Below are positions 27,796 through 36,907 of a DNA stretch of 37,994 nt, one piece after another; the stretch's first letter is position 1, and every line of letters begins with the position of its first letter. The translations under genes and the position numbers were made by a program. Source of the DNA: Pseudomonadota bacterium (GTDB taxonomy: Bacteria > Bdellovibrionota_C > UBA2361); assembly GCA_046047875.1 (NCBI GenBank), contig JBJOHD010000194.1, forward strand, positions 1 through 37,994, given 5' to 3'. Under the pieces are notes generated by a model that was not told where the DNA came from, searched no databases, and was given only the letters and a program-made list of their open reading frames with translations.

Positions 27796-28614
27796 ATGTC
27801 CCGTCGCAGCGCGCCCCGCTTCACGCGTGGACGGGCTGCTGTGCTCGCTCGCGGGAGTTCCCACGACGATGTGGTCACCCTGTTCATCTTCGCAGCAGCT
27901 TTTACGTTGTCTGTTCTCGTAACCGTTATCGGACTCGCTGCTCGTAAGTGGGAGGCTCCGGGGGTCACCACCGGGAACGCCTCAGCATTCAACTTCAAAG
28001 TAGCGGTCGACGGCCCCAAATCGAAGGACCAGTTCTTGGCGCGAGTCTCCGCCTCTGAGCGACGAGAGATGGCGGGAGCCGTGCATTACGTTAGCGATAT
28101 TATCGCCCAGAAGGCGACCCGTCTCACTCGCGCGGAAGCTCACCGGCTCGCGCAGCACATCGTAATCGAGAGCAAGCGCCAGAACTTCGATCCGCTGTTC
28201 GTCGCTGCGGTCATAAAATCGGAGAGCACCTTCAATCGGCAAGCGGTATCGCACGTTGGTGCATTAGGACTGATGCAGATACTCCCCGATACCGGAAAAT
28301 ACATATCGCGCAAAAACGATATCGATTGGCTCGGTGCGGGGAAGCTGAAAGATCCGAGCTACAATATCAAGCTCGGCATCGCTTATCTGAAGTATCTTGA
28401 GCGGTACTTCGGACAAAATCGTGAGCATATCCTGGTCGCCTACAACTGGGGTCCCGGAAACCTTTTATCGGCGCTGAAGAATCGCTCAACCTTACCGAGC
28501 GGCCCAAAGAAATATGCACGCACAATCATGAAGGACCACTCGAAGTGGCAGCGAGAATATATTGACCGTGCGGAGGAGTTTCGGTTTCTCGATAGCAGCT
28601 CACTTCTTGGCTGA
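27796..28614 (+). CDS. Membrane-anchored lytic transglycosylase (SLT domain)
   Basis: AVIKSESTF, GALGLMQILP, AYNWGPG motifs and an N-terminal TM. Alternative start at 27772. Confidence 0.9.
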   Translation: MSRRSAPRFTRGRAAVLARGSSHDDVVTLFIFAAAFTLSVLVTVIGLAARKWEAPGVTTGNASAFNFKVAVDGPKSKDQFLARVSASERREMAGAVHYVSDIIAQKATRLTRAEAHRLAQHIVIESKRQNFDPLFVAAVIKSESTFNRQAVSHVGALGLMQILPDTGKYISRKNDIDWLGAGKLKDPSYNIKLGIAYLKYLERYFGQNREHILVAYNWGPGNLLSALKNRSTLPSGPKKYARTIMKDHSKWQREYIDRAEEFRFLDSSSLLG

Positions 28615-28704
28615 GCCACTGCGAAGTCTCCTCACTCAGGAGCGCACCCCCAGCTTCAATCACTCCGCTCTCCATGCTACGATACCAAGGCAAAAGGGGC
28701 GACG

Positions 28705-28908
28705 ATGACTGCAAGCTCAAACGACAACGATCGCGCGCTGTGGGAGAAACTCCACACTGAGGCGTGTGCGCGACGAGAGCTAACCTACCGTGATCCACGA
28801 ACCGGCTATACCGTCTTTACCCGGGTCAAGCTCCTCGAGCGGGGCTACTGCTGTAAGTCCGGCTGCCGTCACTGCCCCTACGGTTGTCCCGACCCGGTAA
28901 GCAAATAA
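28705..28908 (+). CDS. Small Cys-rich protein, DUF5522-like
   Basis: Y.DP.TGY.VFT...L.RGYCCKSGCRHCPY pattern. Confidence 0.8.
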   Translation: MTASSNDNDRALWEKLHTEACARRELTYRDPRTGYTVFTRVKLLERGYCCKSGCRHCPYGCPDPVSK

Positions 28909-29020
28909 TTCATAACTAGCGGGTTCCACATCGACTTTAACCCCGCGTCGATACGTCACATTTCGGCCCAAAACGCTCATAACCCTCATTGAGGCTGAGT
29001 TTCCGGCTAAGCGGGTTTTT

Positions 29021-30106
29021 ATGCGACAAGTGCTACGACTTTTTATATTTACGATTCTTCTCTGCCAGACCGAACAGGCGGTGGCCGGCCCGATATTCGT
29101 TCAAAACCGAACCGCTTCAACGTTCCGCCCCGCCACGATCTCGCTCGCTCCTCTCGCCGCAAAACCTGCAAGCCAGCGAAAGATCATCCTCACCTTGTCA
29201 AACTCTAAGGCCGATCGTCAGACCCTCGACCTCGACGTTGAAGCACCGAAGGGCGCCGTCCTTTCTTTTTACTCAGCGATGGAGGCTCCGAAAAAAGTTA
29301 CCGACCTCAGCCCGAGAAGGAAAAAGGTCTCGCCCGGTCTTCTCTATACAATTACCGGCGCAGGCAGAAAGAAAATCGTCTTCGGGGAGGCGCAATCGGG
29401 AGGTGGATCCGGTGGAGGAGCCCCCGGGGACTATATCTGCGGCTGTCTCACGAATTCAGATATCCAAGACATCATAGCCTCCTTCCGCGCCGTCGGCATC
29501 AATTACTCGGTGGAGGAGGTGTGTCGCCAGTTCACGTCCATACCGGTCTCGGGGTGCGATGTTGATACCCCCTATCTGAACGACAACGCCAATTTCGGGA
29601 ACACCGCGGCGGTATCAGCTTTCATCCGGCGCGACGCTTGCGCAAACAGCGGCAAAACTCCTGGAAAAGCGGTGCTTGAATTCAACCTCTCGAAGGTTCC
29701 CGCAAGCGTCTTGGCTACCGCGAAGATCGTCGTGAAGCCGAAGTTCAGCGCGTATTCGGGGAATAAGCAGGCGAAGCTCAAGAAAGCCGGCGATGCCACG
29801 GGAAAATTTGCGGGAATTCCGCTGCTTCTCTCCTCACCAGCGGGCGCGATGTCTTTCACCGGCTCAACCGGAGAGGTCTACCTTACAAAGTATGCGAAGT
29901 CGAAGATGACCTTCAGCAAGAGTGTCAAAATAGCCGACTACGTCTTCTACCGAAATTTAGTTCTCTGGCGCGTGCCGCTCGGGAGAGTGCTCTCTGGTGG
30001 TCAAGGCACGTTCGAAATGCGGGCAAATCAAGCGGGCTATTCGATCTGCGCGAAACTCGTACGTAGGGATCAGTTCTTTAACCGCTACCCGGTAAATAGC
30101 GAATAG
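29021..30106 (+). CDS. Hypothetical secreted basic protein
   Basis: 361-aa ORF with a Sec signal ending AVA, a Gly linker and several Cys. Confidence 0.75.
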   Translation: MRQVLRLFIFTILLCQTEQAVAGPIFVQNRTASTFRPATISLAPLAAKPASQRKIILTLSNSKADRQTLDLDVEAPKGAVLSFYSAMEAPKKVTDLSPRRKKVSPGLLYTITGAGRKKIVFGEAQSGGGSGGGAPGDYICGCLTNSDIQDIIASFRAVGINYSVEEVCRQFTSIPVSGCDVDTPYLNDNANFGNTAAVSAFIRRDACANSGKTPGKAVLEFNLSKVPASVLATAKIVVKPKFSAYSGNKQAKLKKAGDATGKFAGIPLLLSSPAGAMSFTGSTGEVYLTKYAKSKMTFSKSVKIADYVFYRNLVLWRVPLGRVLSGGQGTFEMRANQAGYSICAKLVRRDQFFNRYPVNSE

Positions 30107-30123
30107 GGCGGTACGGCCGCGAC

Positions 30124-31011
30124 TTAACCGCCGAGCGCGCGATGGACGTACGGAGCCGCACGAACAATCATCGTTCCGTTATAGAATCGAATCGTCCCCC
30201 CAGAGCCGCCCTGCTCAACCCACTGCTGGGGTTCCACCGTCTCGAGGATTACCTCTTTGAGGGTATCGAGCCCCTCCTCGCTTGTGCGCCGAACCCCTCC
30301 GGCGCCCTCACGAGGTTCGCCGATAATCGAGCCGCCGCCCCCCCGACCTTGATTCAACGCTGCGTTAAAATTAAACCGCGGCGCTCCGAGAAAAAGCGGT
30401 GCCTCATTTGCCGCATCCCTGAGGTCGTAGATGCGCCGCTCCTGAAAACGATCAAGGCTTTCCTTAGCACCGAATTGAAGCCGCCCGGTGGAGAGAACCT
30501 GCCACGTCGTCTCACCCGACTCACCCTCGACTACCCGCCCGATCCTCTCAAGGGCCTCGCGAACCGTTATATTCCGAAGGGCGATGGTAACCTCCTGCTC
30601 CCTCTGAAGTCCCGCACTCCCGGCGGGCGTCCACAACGCCTCGATAGCAACGCCCCCGAGTTCCGACACCGTCCGTACGAGATCGCTGAGGGGATAGTCG
30701 CTCACCTCGAGGGTGAACCGGCGCTCCATAAGCCCGAGGGTCTCGGTTCGAGGATTTGAGCTTTTAGCCGTAATAGGCTGCGGCCGCGTTGGCTCGCTGC
30801 CCTCAGCTGTTCCGACTCCTACGATCAGCGCTGCGAAGCCGGCTGCGATCGTTCGAGCAGTCTTCCCAAACGAGAGGCTCTCGGTCTCCGACTCGGAGCG
30901 AAGCTGTTCAGTCCGGCGCGTGAGCTCAGCCATTTTTTCCTCCAAGAGAAATAGATCCTCCGCAACTGTCGCACAAACCCGCTGCGGGAAGCACGGAGAT
31001 TCCTCCATCAC
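30124..31011 (-). CDS. Secretin N-domain-like protein (STN/N3-like) lacking the secretin barrel
   Basis: 'FTLEVSDYPLSD', 'VTIALRNITVREAL', 'RRIYDLRD' and 'ETVEPQQW...GTMIVRA..VH' patterns. SD AAGGA. Confidence 0.55.
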   Translation of the reverse strand: MMEESPCFPQRVCATVAEDLFLLEEKMAELTRRTEQLRSESETESLSFGKTARTIAAGFAALIVGVGTAEGSEPTRPQPITAKSSNPRTETLGLMERRFTLEVSDYPLSDLVRTVSELGGVAIEALWTPAGSAGLQREQEVTIALRNITVREALERIGRVVEGESGETTWQVLSTGRLQFGAKESLDRFQERRIYDLRDAANEAPLFLGAPRFNFNAALNQGRGGGGSIIGEPREGAGGVRRTSEEGLDTLKEVILETVEPQQWVEQGGSGGTIRFYNGTMIVRAAPYVHRALGG

Positions 31012-31020
31012 TTCCTTTTC

Positions 31021-31848
31021 TTACGCCTCCGCAAATCGATACGCGCCCCCGGAAGAAGTGATAAACCCCTCGCGACACAGCTCCTTCAGCACCTCATCAA
31101 GTACACCGCGTGGACAACGAACGCCGTTTTCAATCTCCACGCGGGAGCACCCTCCGCCCCTCGCGATGAGCCGGAGGACACCGCCTCTAATCTGCCGCCG
31201 TGATCCTTGAAACGGCGGCTGGGGGTTATAGTGAGCGCTCCGCCGAGATATCTGCGGGTGGGTGCGTTTCAGCATGACGCCGTAATCCATCAGCGCGTAG
31301 TACCACCGCCGCACGTCTCGACGGGGTAGCGTTCGGGCTACAAGCGGCACGATCTCCGAATCACGGACTCTCCGCCGTTTTGGAAAGAAAAAATGAATAA
31401 ATACGGTTCGGATATTTGTCTCGATAAACACGGCCGACCGATCAAATGCAAATACCGCCACAGCTCCCGCGGTATACGGGCCGATCCCAGGAAGCTCAAC
31501 CAGCGCTGTCGGATCTTCGGGCAGAGCCCCCTCGTGCTGGGAAATCACCTCGCGGGCACACCGTTGGAGCGCCAACGCCCGCCGATTGTACCCGAGTCCT
31601 TGCCATGCGGTGAGAACCGCTCCTGCGGGCGCTTTAGCCAGCGTCTCGAAATCGGGAAATCGATGGAGAAACTCTTGGTATTTCGGCTCAACTCGCTCTG
31701 TTTGGGTCTGCTGCAGCATGACCTCCGAGACGAGGATCGCGTACGGATCTCGGGTCTCCCGCCACCGAAAAGAGCGTCCGTGGGAGCGATAGAACCTTCG
31801 AATCGTACTCCGAAACGAACGGATCTCTCGTTCGCTAAGGCCCCCCAT
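31021..31848 (-). CDS. mutY: A/G-specific adenine glycosylase (MutY-like, HhH-GPD), short form without Fe-S cluster
   Basis: WRETRDPYAILVSEVMLQQTQ, WQGLGYNRRA, LPGIGPYTA motifs. No CX6CX2CX5C motif. Confidence 0.8.
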   Translation of the reverse strand: MGGLSEREIRSFRSTIRRFYRSHGRSFRWRETRDPYAILVSEVMLQQTQTERVEPKYQEFLHRFPDFETLAKAPAGAVLTAWQGLGYNRRALALQRCAREVISQHEGALPEDPTALVELPGIGPYTAGAVAVFAFDRSAVFIETNIRTVFIHFFFPKRRRVRDSEIVPLVARTLPRRDVRRWYYALMDYGVMLKRTHPQISRRSAHYNPQPPFQGSRRQIRGGVLRLIARGGGCSRVEIENGVRCPRGVLDEVLKELCREGFITSSGGAYRFAEA

Positions 31849-31867
31849 GTAATCGCTCCAAAAATGA

Positions 31868-32362
31868 CTACAGATCAGCGCGAGTCCACGCGCTCGCCAA
31901 CGAGTCAGCGTATTCGTTCCAGAGCCACCCGTTATGCGCCTTGATCCATTGAAGCTTCGCGAGGGGGCGTTCCTTTGAGAGCGCATATGCGGTTTGAACG
32001 AGGTCGAGATTCTTTATCTCTCCGTCCTTTCGTTTCCAGCCCCGCTTCTCCCAACCCGCCGCCCACTTCGTTATCGTGTTGACGCACAGCTCGCTATCGC
32101 TAAAGAGATCGATCGGCTCGTCTGGAGGGATGATTTTAAACGCCTCGATAAGCGCGGTGAGCTCCATCCGGTTATTTGTTGTATCAGCCTCGCTCCCATG
32201 CCGCTGCGCTATGATCGATCCGTTCTTCACATAGACCAGGCCCCACCCCCCCGGACCTGGGTTCGGACGAGCACCCCCGTCGGTAAACACCCCCGAGTTT
32301 GGGCCCGCGGAGTACTTTTGGAGAACCTCTTTTAACGGCAGACTTTCACCTACAAGCGCCAT
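31868..32362 (-). CDS. rnhA: Ribonuclease HI
   Basis: FTDGGARPNPGPGGWG, TTNNRMEL, SDSE, WIKAH, NEYADSLA. Confidence 0.96.
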   Translation of the reverse strand: MALVGESLPLKEVLQKYSAGPNSGVFTDGGARPNPGPGGWGLVYVKNGSIIAQRHGSEADTTNNRMELTALIEAFKIIPPDEPIDLFSDSELCVNTITKWAAGWEKRGWKRKDGEIKNLDLVQTAYALSKERPLAKLQWIKAHNGWLWNEYADSLASAWTRADL

Positions 32363-32441
32363 ATATCCCGCTCCCTAAGAATAGGGTGGTATCGTAGAAC
32401 AATCCTCCCCCCGAGCAAAGAGCGGTCAGGCGAATCGCTCT

Positions 32442-32470
32442 TTGAATCGGTGGGTTAAAAAGGTTACACT
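32442..32470 (+). promoter_or_regulatory. Sigma70-type promoter for the 32480 gene
   Basis: TTGAAT (32442-32447), 17-bp spacer, TACACT (32465-32470). ATG is 9 nt downstream. Confidence 0.5.
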
Positions 32471-32479
32471 AAGAGAGCC

Positions 32480-33088
32480 ATGGCAAGCGTTCTCGACCTC
32501 TTTGGTGCCGGTTTTTTCGCCGGTCTTTCCGCGCTCATTATCTATTTTCTGTGCCGCTCACTGCTCATGGGATTCTCGTCTGACCCCCGGGCTTGGTTTG
32601 AGGGGCTGCGGGTGCGAAAGCGTGAGCAGCTTCTCGCCGTTGCCGACGAGGCGATGAAGCTTAATCGGGGAGGAGAGGCGCTCAGTATCCTGCGCAGCGC
32701 TTTTTGTTTCGAGCAGCCACTCCGCTACTCGAGCACGGTCGATCTGCTCCACACCCACCATATGAATATCTTAAGCCGAGTGATCGGGATCGCTAAAAGC
32801 CACGCACGCCACCTGGAGAACCTCCCCGTCATCGAGGATCTCCTCGCCTCCCGCGAAAGCTTGCTGAACGCCCACATCGAGCATCTCGCCGCGCGAAATA
32901 ACCTACAGCAGCGGCGCAGACGCGATCGCAAAGAGACCCCGGCGTGGGCGATCTCGGAATTCTCAAAAAAGATAGACGATATCCTCGATAAACTATCGAC
33001 AAATAGGCACAGTCTTGAGTCACAGCTTGATCGCATGTTCGACGACCTTCGAAAGCTGCCTGAGGGCGAAGGGGTAACCTACCACTGA
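32480..33088 (+). CDS. Hypothetical protein with N-terminal TM and C-terminal coiled coil
   Basis: 202-aa ORF, co-oriented with and 14 bp upstream of the pseudouridine synthase gene. Confidence 0.75.
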   Translation: MASVLDLFGAGFFAGLSALIIYFLCRSLLMGFSSDPRAWFEGLRVRKREQLLAVADEAMKLNRGGEALSILRSAFCFEQPLRYSSTVDLLHTHHMNILSRVIGIAKSHARHLENLPVIEDLLASRESLLNAHIEHLAARNNLQQRRRRDRKETPAWAISEFSKKIDDILDKLSTNRHSLESQLDRMFDDLRKLPEGEGVTYH

Positions 33089-33102
33089 CGAGAGATATCC
33101 CG

Positions 33103-33837
33103 ATGTCCCGACCAACCCCGCTCTTCGAAGACGAAGCTCTACTTATCGTCCATAAACCAGCGGGGATCCATTCGGTAGCCCTCGACGAGGCGGATGCCAA
33201 CGACTCCATCGCAGGAACGCTGCTTCGATACTGTCCCGCGCTGCGCGAGGTTGCCGACCGCCCCGGCGATGCGGGCCTTATTAACCGACTCGACCGAGGA
33301 ACCTCGGGGATATTGATCGGTGCAAAAAGCCGCACTGTCTGGGAGATCCTGCGCAGCGACATTCAAGCGGAAAGGATTGAGAAGCGCTACATCGCTGTCG
33401 TCGAGGGAGCAGCGCCGCCGCGCACGGAGATCGAGAATTTCATCGGCTCTCCGTATCGGCGCGCACAGAAGGTTCGAACCTACGCTAAGATGCCACCGGG
33501 GGGGCGGGCTCTCCCGGCCCGCTCAGTCTTCACCCGACGAGAGGAGAATGCTGCAATGGGGGTCTCACTTGTCGAGGTGTACGCACCGACTGCGCGACGT
33601 CATCAGATACGGGCCCATGCAAAGAGCCTCGGGCACCCCCTCATCGGGGATACGCTCTACGGGTCAAGCCGCTCTTTTCGTGAGATCTGCGGCGCCACCG
33701 CGCCGGAAACCTTCTGCCTCCATGCGTTTTGGGTTGACCTGACCCATCCGATCCATCGTGGCAAGGTTACCGTCACCGATCCGCTGCCGGAGTTTCTCGG
33801 ATCGATTTTTAGCGAAACAGCTCTCCGGGCGGTATAA
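33103..33837 (+). CDS. RluA-family RNA pseudouridine synthase (no S4 domain)
   Basis: HKPAG, NRLDRGTSG, RHQIRAH, GHPLIGD..YG, CLHA motifs. Confidence 0.92.
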   Translation: MSRPTPLFEDEALLIVHKPAGIHSVALDEADANDSIAGTLLRYCPALREVADRPGDAGLINRLDRGTSGILIGAKSRTVWEILRSDIQAERIEKRYIAVVEGAAPPRTEIENFIGSPYRRAQKVRTYAKMPPGGRALPARSVFTRREENAAMGVSLVEVYAPTARRHQIRAHAKSLGHPLIGDTLYGSSRSFREICGATAPETFCLHAFWVDLTHPIHRGKVTVTDPLPEFLGSIFSETALRAV

Positions 33838-35449
33838 CATCGAGAACCTCGGTCTGGAGCGCTCGAAGAGCCGCCTTAAGACCGTTCGATGCACGGCAGA
33901 ATTTGTTCGGTGCCACCTCACCGCAGTCACCGCGGGGACGAGCCTCAAACGTGCCTCCCGCAGAATGGGTGACCTCGATCGTATAGAGCCGATCGAAATT
34001 CTTGGAGCGATAGCGGAAATACTCGACGACCTCGCTTCCTTCAACCGGGGCGCGGTAGAGAGGATCCTTTACCTCACTCGCTCTGAGTGCGCGAAGAGAC
34101 TCCGAGGAAAAGTTTCGCTCAACAAATCCGATATCGAATCCACCCTTTCGAAACGCGGGCTCACGGAGGAGCCATCGATGGAAGTCGAGGGTCGTCGCCA
34201 GCCCACGTACCTCGTACCCAGCGAGTGCCGCAAGCCCACGCTCAATGACCTCACGCCGAGTATCACCGACCACAAGGAGCTTACTGATCATCGCATCGTA
34301 GTGAGGAGAGATCTCATCACCTGCTTCGCACCCGAAATCCTCCCGTATGTAGGGGGCGCTCGGACGCTTGAGATCCACGATCTTTCCGATAGCCGGGGCG
34401 AAATTTTTGCGCGGGTCTTCGGCATAGATCCGAAATTCGATGGCGTGACCGGTTGTCTTTATCTGGTCTTGCGTGTACGGGATCGCCTCTCCCCGAGCAA
34501 CCCGCAGCTGCAGCTCAACAAGGTCGGCCCCGGTGACGAGCTCGGTAACCGGATGCTCAACCTGAATACGAGTATTCATCTCGAGGAAGTAAAACTCTTC
34601 TCCACAGACGAGAAACTCCGCAGTGCCTGCGTTTTTATACCCCACACTCTTCGCCGCCTGCACCGCAGCGTTTTCCACCCCGCTCCGCACCGCGGGGGAG
34701 AGCGAGGGAGCAGGCGCCTCCTCGATCAGCTTTTGATGGCGCCGCTGAGCTGAGCAGTCACGAGTTCCGAAGTGAACGACGTTCCCCTGAGAATCTCCGA
34801 ATACTTGCACCTCGACGTGTCGAGGATTAGCGATATATTTCTCGGCGTACACCGCTTGATTCGAAAAGTTTTTGAGCGCCTCACTACGCGCTCGGGGCAA
34901 GACCTGCGCCATCTCCTCTGCGGAGTGAACCACCCGCATTCCTCGCCCCCCGCCACCCGCCACCGCCTTAATGATAACGGGGAAACCGATTGCACTGGCG
35001 GCCTTGACCAGATCGGGGTCTTCGAGATCGCCGGAGGTCCCCGGGGTACACGGAACCCCGAACTGCGTCACTTGAGCCCGCGCTTTTGTCTTGCTTCCAA
35101 GGGTCTCAATGCTCTCCGGATCGGGACCGATGAAAATGAGCCCGGCGTTGATAACCGCTCGAGCAAACTCGGCATTCTCGGAGAGAAAGCCGTATCCAGG
35201 ATGCACCGCGTCGCACCCCCGTTCACCAGCGGTCTGGACTATCTTCGCTATATTGAGATACGAGTCCTTTGCTGGCGGTGGGCCGATTATCACAAGCTCG
35301 TCAGCCTGTCGTGCGAAATAACTTTTGGCATCCGCCTCGGACGCGACCGAAACGGAGGCGATGCCAAGCTTTCGGCAAGCGCGCTGGATCCTCACCGCGA
35401 TCTCGCCTCTATTTGCAATCAGCACCTTTTTGATTTTATGATCGCTCAT
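33809..35449 (-). CDS. accC: Biotin carboxylase subunit with C-terminal extension
   Basis: KVLIANRGEIA, HPGYGFLSEN, GGGGRGM, QRRHQKL, EMNTRIQVEHPVTE, YDAMISKL. No biotinylation MKM motif. Confidence 0.88.
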   Translation of the reverse strand: MSDHKIKKVLIANRGEIAVRIQRACRKLGIASVSVASEADAKSYFARQADELVIIGPPPAKDSYLNIAKIVQTAGERGCDAVHPGYGFLSENAEFARAVINAGLIFIGPDPESIETLGSKTKARAQVTQFGVPCTPGTSGDLEDPDLVKAASAIGFPVIIKAVAGGGGRGMRVVHSAEEMAQVLPRARSEALKNFSNQAVYAEKYIANPRHVEVQVFGDSQGNVVHFGTRDCSAQRRHQKLIEEAPAPSLSPAVRSGVENAAVQAAKSVGYKNAGTAEFLVCGEEFYFLEMNTRIQVEHPVTELVTGADLVELQLRVARGEAIPYTQDQIKTTGHAIEFRIYAEDPRKNFAPAIGKIVDLKRPSAPYIREDFGCEAGDEISPHYDAMISKLLVVGDTRREVIERGLAALAGYEVRGLATTLDFHRWLLREPAFRKGGFDIGFVERNFSSESLRALRASEVKDPLYRAPVEGSEVVEYFRYRSKNFDRLYTIEVTHSAGGTFEARPRGDCGEVAPNKFCRASNGLKAALRALQTEVLDVIPPGELFR

Positions 35450-35484
35450 AAATTTGTGCGGCTTTTTAGACGGGAAATCACTCC

Positions 35485-36429
35485 ATGACCACCAACGAAC
35501 ACCATAAAGTCGTTATCTTAGGGTCGGGTCCCGCGGGCTTGACTGCGGCTATCTATACCTCGCGAGCGAACTTATCTCCAGTTTTGATCCACGGCCCCCT
35601 CCCCGGCGGACAGCTTACAACCACGACCGAGGTTGAGAACTTTCCGGGCTTCCCGGAGGGGGTGATGGGCCCCGACCTCATGCAGCTTATGGAGAAGCAG
35701 GCGGTTCGGTTCGGAACGAAGATCGTAATAAGCCAGGTGGTTAAGGCGGAGCTTCAAGGGCAGCCGTTTAAGCTCACCCTCTCAAACGACAATACGGTCA
35801 CCTGCGATGTCCTTATTATCGCTACCGGAGCTGCCCCCCGACTTCTCGGTCTTGAGGCTGAGAAGTCGTTGATGGGATACGGGGTCTCAACGTGCGCTAC
35901 CTGCGATGGGGCCTTCTTTCGCAATAAGGTCATAATGGTGGCGGGTGGGGGAGATTCCGCTTGTGAAGAGGCGGTATTCCTTACCCGCTTCGGGAGCAAA
36001 GTTATATTGGTCCACCGCCGAGATCAGCTGAGGGCCTCGAAGATCATGCAGGATCGGGTACTTAACCATCCGAAGATCGAAGTTTTGTGGAATCGCCAGA
36101 TAAAGGATATCCACGGCTCTAAGGCGGACGGGGTCACCGGCGTATCGGCGCTCAACGCCGCGACCGGAGAGATCGAGGATATTTCCTGCGACGCTCTCTT
36201 TGTCGCGATCGGCCATATACCCAACTCCCACCTCTTCAAGGGACAGCTCACGATGGATGAAAACGGCTACCTTACTCCGACCCCAGGCAGCGCTCGAACG
36301 AATATCCCAGGGGTTTTTGCATGCGGAGACGTCCAAGACCATGTGTGGCGACAGGCCATTACCGCGGCGGGAACGGGCTGCATGGCAGCTATTGAAGCTG
36401 AGCGCTACCTAGAGGCGCTCCATCAATAA
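35485..36429 (+). CDS. trxB: Thioredoxin-disulfide reductase
   Basis: GSGPAG, GGQL, CATCDG, GGGDSA.EEA, HRRD, QAITAAG. Confidence 0.98.
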   Translation: MTTNEHHKVVILGSGPAGLTAAIYTSRANLSPVLIHGPLPGGQLTTTTEVENFPGFPEGVMGPDLMQLMEKQAVRFGTKIVISQVVKAELQGQPFKLTLSNDNTVTCDVLIIATGAAPRLLGLEAEKSLMGYGVSTCATCDGAFFRNKVIMVAGGGDSACEEAVFLTRFGSKVILVHRRDQLRASKIMQDRVLNHPKIEVLWNRQIKDIHGSKADGVTGVSALNAATGEIEDISCDALFVAIGHIPNSHLFKGQLTMDENGYLTPTPGSARTNIPGVFACGDVQDHVWRQAITAAGTGCMAAIEAERYLEALHQ

Positions 36430-36467
36430 CTTTCCCGGGGCTCGGATAGTTTTCATACGATTTTCAT

Positions 36468-36516
36468 AAAAAAGAAGGCCCCCGCAGCGTTCCTAAAAGA
36501 CGCTGCGGGGGCCTTT
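36468..36516. terminator. Intrinsic terminator between convergent trxB and atpE (U-tract on the minus strand)
   Basis: AAGGCCCCCGCAGCGT (36475-36490) pairs with ACGCTGCGGGGGCCTT (36500-36515), A-tract at 36468-36473. A second small hairpin lies at 36521-36539. Confidence 0.85.
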
Positions 36517-36550
36517 CATGTGCGGAGGCTACCTCCGCATCACGTTTCCT

Positions 36551-36865
36551 TTACGCGCCGATTTGGCTGTAGAGGAGGTACGCGATAACGAACGCCAAAA
36601 TGACGAGCGACTCAACCAGGGCGAGGCCGAGGAGCATCGGGGTGAGAAGCTTGCCAGCAGCGGCCGGGTTACGGCCGATCGAATCGAGGCTCGCGCTGAT
36701 CGCTTTGCCTTGACCGAGAGCTCCACCCGCTGCGGCGAGTCCGATCGCTAAGCCGGCAGCGATAGCGATGATACCGCTTTGGCCCGCCAAGGCACCGCCT
36801 TCAGCAAAGGCAGCCGCCGGAACGGCGATGACCGCGAGGGCGAGTAAAGATAGATAACGTGTCAT
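36551..36865 (-). CDS. atpE: F0 ATP synthase subunit c with N-terminal signal-like extension
   Basis: GLAAAGGALGQG, RNP loop, LALVES with the ion-binding Glu. SD AAGGAG. Confidence 0.96.
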   Translation of the reverse strand: MTRYLSLLALAVIAVPAAAFAEGGALAGQSGIIAIAAGLAIGLAAAGGALGQGKAISASLDSIGRNPAAAGKLLTPMLLGLALVESLVILAFVIAYLLYSQIGA

Positions 36866-36907
36866 GGTCTCTCCTTTTTAAGGGTTAACGTATAAACTAA
36901 AACGAAC

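Noticed and set aside
33758-35488. 331-aa and 238-aa ORFs antisense to accC
   Set aside because: Antisense shadows of a well-supported gene.
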